DNA of 64,000 nt from the human T2T-CHM13v2.0 reference genome, Homo sapiens: the NCBI GenBank assembly GCA_009914755.4, contig CP086569.2, positions 4,288,001-4,352,000 of the forward strand, given 5' to 3'. Below are positions 55,291 through 64,000 of this stretch, piece by piece (positions within the stretch are counted from its first letter, which is position 1; every line of letters begins with the position of its first letter). The notes under the pieces are model-generated. The model did no database searches. It saw only the letters and a program-made list of their open reading frames with translations, and was not told where the DNA came from. Made by a program: the position numbers and the translations under genes.

Positions 55291-56082
55291 GGACCTAGGT
55301 GAGGACGGGCATTTCCTGCCGAAATGTTGCATTTCCCAAGACCACCCTGGCCTGCCATGCCCCCATCCTGAGCCTATAAAAACCGGAGACTCTAGTGGGC
55401 AGACACAAGTGACCACATGTTGAGAGGAGCACATCAGTGGAAGAAGACGCAAGTGGCTGGTCGTCAAGAGGACGTCAAGAGGAGCACTCTGGCAGAAGAG
55501 CGCTCTGACAGGCACCTGCTCGCCAGCAGGCAGGCCATTGACGGGTGGGACAAGGGTGAGTTTGGCCGGGGCAGTCGGAGGAGAGCCGGGGCCACCAAGT
55601 GGCCCAACTCCATGGGAAAACCACCTTCCTTCTGGCTCCCCCATCAGCGCAGAGCTACTTCCACTCAATAAAACTTCGCACTAATTCTCCAAGCCCCTGT
55701 GTGATCCAATTATTCCGGTACACCAAGGCAAGAAACCTCAGGACACAGAAACCTTCTGTCCTTGTGATAAGGAAGGGGGTCTAATTCAGCTGGTTAACAC
55801 AAGCTACCCATAGATGGCAAACTAAAACGGCACCCTCTAACACACGCCCACTGGGGCTTCAGGAACTGTAAACATTCACCCCTAGACACTGCTGTGGGGT
55901 TGGAACCCCACGGCCTGCCCATCTGTATGCTCCCCTAGAGGTTTGAACAGCAGGGTATTGAAGAAGCAAGCCACACCCCCATTGCACACCCTGTGTGGAG
56001 GACAAGGGAACCTTTCCCATTTCAATTCCATGTATATTTATTTCAGAAATAGATGAAGCACTCCTTGTTGAAAACAATCAAA
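55291..56082 (+). other. Unclassified GC-rich ~790-bp insertion with promoter/first-exon-like architecture (possible solo LTR or lineage-specific promoter)
   Basis: The GC-rich block is embedded in an AT-rich L1M 3' end. A TATA box 'tataaaaa' lies at 55375-55382. An ATG at 55417 opens a 46-codon frame. A strong 5' splice donor 'agg|gtgagt' lies at 55553-55561 (GT at 55556). An 'aataaa' lies at 55667-55672. I could not assign a repeat family from memory. Confidence 0.4.
55375..55382 (+). promoter_or_regulatory. candidate TATA box within the GC-rich element
   Basis: The motif 'cctataaaaacc' is read from the sequence. The first downstream ATG follows ~35 bp later. Confidence 0.3.
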
Positions 56083-57769
56083 ATCTTGCTTCTGAGAAAG
56101 ATGTATTTACTTACGTTGGGTACAGGAATTTTCTTGTTTCATAATATGAACATTTAATTTCAATGATATATAGAGTGTTGGGTTTATTTGTATTTGATAT
56201 ATTTGTATTTAGTGTATTGTATTTAGTGTATACATTTGTCAAGACTTAACTGTACATTTAAATTTATGCATTTTGTTGTATGAAAATTATTCTTTAGTAA
56301 AATACTTATAAATATTATCAGAAAAAAATGACTTGTGAGTAATCAACTGGATTTGCCTAGATATTTCACTTTTTAAAACAAAATAATTATAATTTTAATT
56401 TCTTAGTGTATTTTTATGTATCAGAGAGTTTAACTACTTCATATATATAAATTAATTTGATCCTCATATCTAACCTATGAAATAAATATTAGTATCAACA
56501 TTTTACATATTAGAAAACTAAGGCACAACTTTAAGTAACTTTTTCAAAGTTGCATAACAAGTGAGTGAAAGAGCTGAGATTCAAATCCAGGCAGACTGGC
56601 TCCAAAGTCCATGTTCTTAATAATTGTCTTAAAATTAGTTACTTTAAGCAGAACTATCATACATATTATGAACATTTAAAGCTTCCTACTTATGTAATTA
56701 CATTTTAAAAGCAATCATACTATATCTGCTGGCTTTATAAAGTATTAACTTTGCCATATACTACAACTATTTCAACAAAAATTTTTGGCATCAATATTAC
56801 AAAGACACAGTCAGCTCCAATTTGGAGGTACAGTCATACTATTTCTTTCAACAAAATGATATCTTTTTAACATTTTAAATAAAATTAAATCCAATGAAGA
56901 CAGATGCCAAAAAAAAAGACTTCTATGCATCAAGATAATAGCAAAGTTCATCAATAAAACAATCTGCAAATCTCCCATTGAAGGGGCAAATAGCTTAAGT
57001 AGTCATTGCATAAACTCCTTATGCTTATATCAATTACAAATGTTAACTAATGTTATCAATACAAATGTAAATTTTTTCTTCTATTAGTCTGTTAATAAAT
57101 GTACTGAAAACAAAATTAGACAAAAATGTAATAAATATTATAAAATGTTTCATTTGAATTTGTTTGACCAACATAGTAAGATTTTCATTGCATAAAATAG
57201 CACAGGAAAGACAGAACACTTGTTGATTAAGAGAAATTTTCAGGTTTTATTTTCTAAATTTAGCCTTAAACAAAGTTATTGAGAATATGTACATAATAAA
57301 TTTTCTTTATATTTTAATTCATTTGTCTATTCAACAAGTATTTATTGATTATCTATTAACTGTTAGGCGGTACTAAATAAAACTATCAATTTGTAGATTA
57401 AAAATATTCAGATATTAGCAATTTTTTCTGGTCCAACCTAATACATAGTATTAAGCTAGGTACTAAGTATGATTCAGATTGAAGAATACAGTACATTTTT
57501 TTCTGGCCTCATTGGGTGATTCAAGGCTTGCATCACTACATAAGTGAGATAACAAGCCATAGTAATTTGTACTAAAGAGCCAAAATACTATGGGATTTTA
57601 GAAAAGGAGAAAATTAATATGGTCTGGAATGCATAGACAGATGGAATTTAACACTTCAATACATTTCTGTTGAGGCAGCTAAATAGTCATTTGAAAATAT
57701 GATGCATCTGTGAAATGTATGGATACTACTCTACATGATTTTTAAATTTTGGACAGGTTTTTTTTTTGA

Positions 57770-58850
57770 CTTTTATTTTAAGTTCAGGAGTACAAGCACA
57801 GGTTTGTTACATTGGTAAACTTGTGTCAGGGGGTTTGTTGTACAAATTGTCATCACCCAGGTGTCTGGTACCCAGTAGTTATTTTTTTCTGATCATCTCC
57901 CTCCTCCAACCCTCCACCCTCTGAAAGGCCCCAGTGTGTGGTGTTCCCATCTATATATCCATGTGTTCTCATCATTTAGCTCCCACTTATAAGTGAGATC
58001 ATGTGGAATTGGGTTTTCTGTTCCTCTGTGAGTTTGCTAAGGATAATGGCCTCCTGCTCCAACCACATCTCTGTAAACAACATAATCTTATTTTTTATGG
58101 CTGTATAATATTCCGTGGTGTACATGCACCACATTTTCTTTACCCAGTCTTTCACTGATGGGCATTTAGGTTGATTCCATGTCTTTGCTATTGTGAATAG
58201 TGCTGCAACGAACATAAGCATGCATGTGTCTGTATAATAGAACAGTTTGTATTCCTTTGGGTATATACCCAGTAATGGGATTGCTGGATAGTATAGCATT
58301 TCTGTCTTTAAGTCTTTGAGGAATTGCCACACTGTCTTCCACAATGGTTGAACTAATTTACACTACCATCAACAGTGTATAAGCGTTCCTTTTTCTGTGT
58401 AACCTCACCAGCATCTGTTATTTTTTTACTTTTTAATAATAGCCATTCTGACTAGTGTGAGATGGTATCTCATGGTTTTTATTTGCATTTCTCTAATGAT
58501 CAGTGATGATGAGCTTTTTTTCATATTATTGTTGGCCTCATGTACGTCTTATTTAGAAAGGTGTGGGTTCGTTTCCTTTGTCCACTTCTTAATGGGGTTG
58601 TTTGTTTTTTATTCTTATAAATTTCTTTAAGTTTCTTATAGATGCTGGATATTAGACCTTTGTTGGATGCATAGTTTGCAAAAATTTTCTCCCATTCTGT
58701 AGGTTTTCTGTTTACTCTGTTGACAGTTTATTCTGCTGTGCAGAAGGATTTTAGTTTAATTAGATCACATATGTTAATTTTTGCTTTTGTTGCAATTGTT
58801 TTTGTGTCTTCATCATGAAATCTCTGCCGGTGCTCAATGGATGCAGAAAA
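57770..58850 (-). mobile_element. 5'-truncated L1PA-type 3' fragment (ORF2 C-terminus + 3'UTR), antisense
   Basis: A poly-T head at 57770 is followed by 'aagttcaggagtacaagcacaggtttgttacattggtaaacttgtgtc' (antisense L1 3'UTR). The minus-strand ORF 57976-58344 is 'MWKTVWQFLKDLKTEM.YYPAIPLLGIYPKEYK...KCPSVKDWVKKMWCMYTTEYYTAIKNKIMLFTEMWLEQEAIILSKLTEEQKTQFHMISLISGS'. Confidence 0.85.
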
Positions 58851-60396
58851 GGCTTTCAATAAAATTTAACATCCATTCATGTTAACAACTCTATATTATT
58901 GTAATCTTAACACTGGAAACATCTGTAGATTTATTGTCCTTTTTTTCCTGTGGTCATATAGCTATTTAATACTATAATCAAAATGAATACATTATTTGCA
59001 TTATTATTATTTTCCACTGGGTTCAAAACGAATTATGAAACAACACAGCATTTATAAGACTATCTTTGTACTCCCCAAAATTTTGTATCACAGCACCTAG
59101 CAATGTTTGGGTTACTAAATAAATAGTTACTGATCTGAAATAAAATGTCATGATCATATAATTGTAGAAAAATTCCCTCATGGCTTCAATAGTAATGCCT
59201 CATTTTATAAATAAAAGGAGATATGCCAAATTGATGAAACAGAGAAATACACATTTTCTTTATTGTGCAATATATTTTGATATTTATGCAGGACCCCTAA
59301 AGCTCAACCTACAAATCATAATCAAGATGTAATAAGCTGCAATACTATTAATAATTAACTTCTGACAAGAAATAAGATTATTTCATTAGAAAAATAAAAA
59401 CTTCTTTGAAAGTTTTTTTCCATTGATGGACATTAGAAAGTATATTTTTGAAAAAAAATAGAAAACTTTAAAGTAAAATTTTTCCATCATGAAAAACAAA
59501 ATGTTATTGTTATATTGGTGACTCCAGCTTTGAAGTAAGCAAAGGATGGCAAAGAACACAAGCTCAATGGAATTCTGATGTTAGAGGATTAAGATAAGTT
59601 ACTATTATTACTAGTTTCCACGGTGGTATATTACTGAAATGTATTTTTAAGAAGTTCTGAAAATCATTTTATCCACAGCTAGCCAGGAGACAAATAATCT
59701 GCAAACTCACTCAAATTTGGCTATAGTTAGAAAATTAATTTCAACTTCTTCCTAAGGAACTGTGTACAGGAAAGCATGCTTCAAACTTACTATTTCTTTG
59801 GAGCCCAGGGGCTTTCCCTAAAAATTTGGGGGACAGATACTTCTTAATATATTAAAAAACACTTTTTTCTATTCATTGCAACTGGCTACCTCTATGTATT
59901 ATCAGTTCTACCTGTCATTTTTCTTAATTTTAATTTTATGCAATTACACTGACACTATAATATTATCTATGGGTTCAACATAAGACTATTAAGACAGTTC
60001 TGTGTATAAGTCATCTAAATAGATGTCTGTCATCTGTTCTAGTTTGAAAGGCATGCAAAAAAGAATATTGAGAAGTCACCTTTGGAACCCCATTCCAGTG
60101 TCTAATCACCCTTTATAGACACATTTTTCATGACTCCCTGTACTCAAAGTCAAAACAGAGCTTTATGTCTTCCTTCACCATAAAATGAATCCTGTGACAA
60201 GTTTCCAACCAAAGATTTTAATCATTAAATCCACACTATACTTGGAGCCTTACAATTTTCTTACAGATTAATTTCAACGGTTTTTTACAACAAGCATCAT
60301 ATCATTATATTAGGTTGAAAACTAGATTAATTAGGCAAATAAAACACTGGAGTCCCCAGATTTTTCTGTATAACCTGTAGATAAAAAGTGTTCTGA

Positions 60397-60531
60397 GGCT
60401 GGGCACAGTGGCTCACTCCTGTAATCCCAGCAATTTGGGAGGCCAAGGTGGGCAGATCACCTAAGGTCAGGAGTTCAAGACCAGCCTGGCCAATATGGCA
60501 AACCCTGTCTCTACTAAAAATACAAAAATTA
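60397..60531 (+). repeat. partial Alu (left arm through middle A-rich region) fused head-to-tail to the next Alu
   Basis: Reads 'ggctgggcacagtggctcactcctgtaatcccagcaatttgggaggccaaggtgggcagatcacctaaggtcaggagttcaagaccagcctggccaatatggcaaaccctgtctctactaaaaatacaaaaattag'. Confidence 0.85.
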
Positions 60532-60832
60532 GGTGGGGTGCGGTGGCTCACACCTGTAATCCTAGCACTTTGGGAGGCTGAGGTGGGTGGATCACGAGGT
60601 CAGGAGTTCAAGACTAGCCTGGCCAACACGGTGAAACCCTGTGTCTACTAAAAATACAAAAATTAGCCAGGTGTGGTGGCCCGTGCCTGTAATCCCAGCT
60701 ACTCAGGAGGCTGAGGCAGGAGGATCTCTTGAACCTAGGAGGCAGAGGTTGCAGTGAGCTGAGATTGGCCCACTGCACTGCACTCCAGCCTGGGCAACAG
60801 AGTGAGACTGTCTCGAATATATATACATATAT
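60532..60832 (+). repeat. Alu, full length, sense, with AT-rich degenerate tail
   Basis: The body reads 'gtggggtgcggtggctcacacctgtaatcctagcactttgggaggctgaggtgggtggatcacgaggtcaggagttcaagac...gcctgggcaacagagtgagactgtctcg', followed by the tail 'aatatatatacatatat'. Confidence 0.9.
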
Positions 60833-61043
60833 TTTGGTGTACCCACTCTTCCACTATGCAGATGATAAAACATTTGGTCTACTCTACAACTGCTGTACAC
60901 TTTTAAATGCTATAGTCTACTTCATAGCTTATATATTCCACTGAACTTTTCGCTTAAGACTCCAATAAATCTCCACAATAAATCTCAAGGGAGGAGCCAC
61001 TTAAAACAGACTAAGGCTTTCTAACCATCCTAAGGACAAACTC

Positions 61044-61349
61044 TTTTTTTTTTTTTTTTTTTTTATCTTTGAGACAGAGTCTTGCTCTGTCACCCAGGCT
61101 AGAGTGCAGTGGTGGGACTTGGCTCACTGCAACCTCCGCCTCCGGGGTTCACACCATTCTCCTGCCTTAGCCTCCCAAGTAGCTGGGACTATAGGCACCC
61201 GCCACCACGCCCGGCTAATTTTTGTATTTTTATTAGAGACGGGGTTTCACTATATTGGTCAGGCTGGTCTCGAACTCCTGACCTCTTGATCCACCCGCCT
61301 CGGCCTCCCAAAATGCTGGGATTACAGGCGTGAGCCACAGTGCCCGGCC
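61044..61349 (-). repeat. Alu, full length, antisense, with 13-bp TSD
   Basis: A poly-T run is followed by 'atctttgagacagagtcttgctctgtcacccaggctagagtgcagtggtgggacttggctcactgcaacctccgcctccggggttcacaccattctcc...gtgagccacagtgcccggcc'. The TSD 'aggacaaactctt' lies at 61033-61045 and 61350-61362. Confidence 0.9.
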
Positions 61350-61889
61350 AGGACAAACTCTTAATGCCATGAGCAGTTCATGGGAAATCCTAAATTGCAG
61401 AATTAATCTAGCAGTAGGGAAATGTGGGACCTTGTTCTGATCCACGACCACTCTGGAAAAAATCAACAGAGGATTGTGTCATTGCCAAGTAAATTTGAAT
61501 GCTCAAGGAAGACATTAGAACTAATTCGTCCAGCTGGAATATCTTTGCACATTATCTAAGCAGACATATAGAATACCTTGGGGCCTAGATAATTGTTTTA
61601 GATCAGTTCATCTTTTGACCCACAACCTCCAGAGCTTGTATTAAGGTTTGGCTTGGATTGATAAAGCTCAGCATGAAATCAAATAACTGGTAAGGAGTAT
61701 AAAATCTATGTTAATATTTTAATCTTAAAATAACTAATACATTTCTTCAACAGCCCTGAGTTCTAGAAAAGAACCAGAATTGTTAACAGAATAGTAAGTA
61801 CCTTGAGGAAAGAATGATCAAATAGCTCTTATGTTCCATCACTTTATTAAGTTAAAAAATATATATGTGTAACATGTTTATCTGTTTTA

Positions 61890-62935
<1,046 letters not shown>

Positions 62936-63599
62936 TAAAATAACTCTGCGGAAGTGTGTCTTCCTCTGAGTAGTTCATTCAGTACTTGATAAGCAAATAT
63001 ACTAAGCTCTATTTAATTGAGTTTAAAAAACTGTAAGTTACATTAATATAATACATATATGGCATTATATTATGAATCTAGAAATACAAGCAAAGCTCTA
63101 GCACATTTCCCCCAGAATTTAATTAGATAAAACTCTTTGTTGAGTCAACTCTTTGCTTTTCTCAGTCTAATTGAATGAACATTTTCATCTGTGAACTAAA
63201 CTAGAAACGTAACTAAAGTTTCTGTTGAAACCTAATTCTGAATAAATGTAATATCAATACTGGTGTCTTCTGTTTCCAAACTACATCTAAATACTCATGA
63301 ACTTCCTATGCATATAATTTTGTTTCTTGGCCAATCAACCCTAAAAGTTTATTTTGAAAAGTTACTAAATAAAACGTGGAATTTCTCTATTAAAATGAAG
63401 TATTATATAAACCAATAAGAATTCTTTTTGACAAAACAATTAATTCATTGAGTATAAAAATATTATGCAGTGACTAAATGCCAGCAGTTACATCTTTACA
63501 CAAGCAGGGAATGCACTAGCCAAAAAAGCACACCCTCAATTATTTTTTTTTCCCCCCAGCAAGTAGCTTCTCTGAGGAGGAGAACAAGGTAAAAGAGGC

Positions 63600-63740
63600 A
63601 GTTGGTACAAACTGCAGGTGGCTGGCTGCTGAGGGAGAGGTGTCATTTGGGAAGCACAGCAGGTGGCCTAAACTGAGAAGAAGATGACATTTAGAGACAG
63701 CAGCAGGTGTTTGCTATGAGGGAGAAGGACCTCTCTCCAA
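63600..63740. repeat. short degenerate tandem repeat (~40-bp unit, ~3 copies)
   Basis: The reiterated motif is 'gcaggtg..(14-20 nt)..tgagggagag/aagaag..tgacatttRgRgac/agcac': 'ctgcaggtggctggctgctgagggagaggtgtcatttgggaagcac' / 'agcaggtggcctaaactgagaagaagatgacatttagagac' / 'agcagcaggtgtttgctatgagggagaaggacc'. Confidence 0.3.
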
Positions 63741-64000
63741 AGTTGTCAATGATTGCATTCGTTCATTTCTGCTGCAATAATCTGGTATTTGGCATTTAAA
63801 CTGACAGCACCAGATATGCCTAAAAATAATTATGAATCCAAACCTTTTGCTGGCTAAAAAAATATTACAAAGGCATTATTTCTGCTTATGATTGAATCAA
63901 AATACAAACAATTGACAAAATGTTAAAGATAGCATTATAGTTTTTTCAATTACATTTTTAAAAAGCAAGATTTTGAATATTTTAAGCAGATCAAAATTTT

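Larger units (their letters stand above)
53900..56330 (+). mobile_element. Ancient L1M-type 3' portion (ORF2 C-terminal region and 3'UTR), interrupted by the GC-rich element at 55291-56082
   Basis: The plus-strand translation ~54000-54300 resembles L1M ORF2 (NREN.AVISIDVKN...). The 3'-region motif is 'ggctggaagtccaagatcaagatgtcagcaattttttgtg...ctgaggcctctctggattgcagatggcattttgctgtgttctcacatggcattttctctgtgtgtgtgcactgctgatgtgtctcccactttttataaggacacggatactttataatatcctaaatgtc'. Also present is '...TDTCKNTDEF..KPDTKQCILHDS'. L1M 3'UTR-like sequence resumes ~56083 ('gttgggtacagg...acttaactgtacatttaaattt'). Confidence 0.5.

Noticed and set aside
55273-55668. 131-aa minus-strand ORF over the GC-rich element
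   Set aside because: It lies on the strand opposite to the TATA, ATG, donor and AATAAA arrangement. It is P/G/S-rich and low-complexity, and its length is explained by GC content. Only the plus-strand architecture is worth follow-up.

Overview
This window is primate, almost certainly human, nuclear DNA and not a prokaryotic locus. It is AT-rich and dominated by interspersed repeats, which I estimate cover well over two thirds of the sequence.

I could recognise at least nine LINE-1 copies of different ages, four of which keep the diagnostic L1 5' terminus ('gccaagatgg...'). I found about fourteen Alu insertions, several with intact target-site duplications (TSDs). I found three MIR SINE fragments and two complete THE1-type MaLR retroelements with the LTR-internal-LTR structure. 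A solo HERV-K-type LTR5 carries a perfect 6-bp TSD. There is a degraded Hsmar2-like mariner transposase copy, along with several microsatellites.

I found no convincing cellular protein-coding exon, tRNA, rRNA, CRISPR array or operon-like organisation. The long ORFs in the six-frame track are L1 ORF1 or ORF2 remnants, a mariner transposase relic, read-through of Alu or GC-rich L1 5'UTR sequence, or THE1 internal sequence.

Five regions stood out on inspection:
1. A ~790-bp GC-rich block at 55291-56082 inserted in an old L1 3' end, carrying a TATA box, an ATG-initiated ORF, a strong 5' splice donor and an AATAAA. It may be a solo LTR or a cryptic promoter plus first exon.
2. A three-level nest of insertions: L1M interrupted by a 5'-inverted L1, itself interrupted by THE1.
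3. Two full-length old L1s lying head-to-tail only ~90 bp apart.
4. An unclassified 640-bp insertion inside L1 ORF1.
5. An L1 whose 5' terminus is fused directly to the middle of the endonuclease domain.

Nothing here resembles a previously undescribed multi-gene system. It looks like a gene-poor, L1-rich intronic or intergenic stretch.
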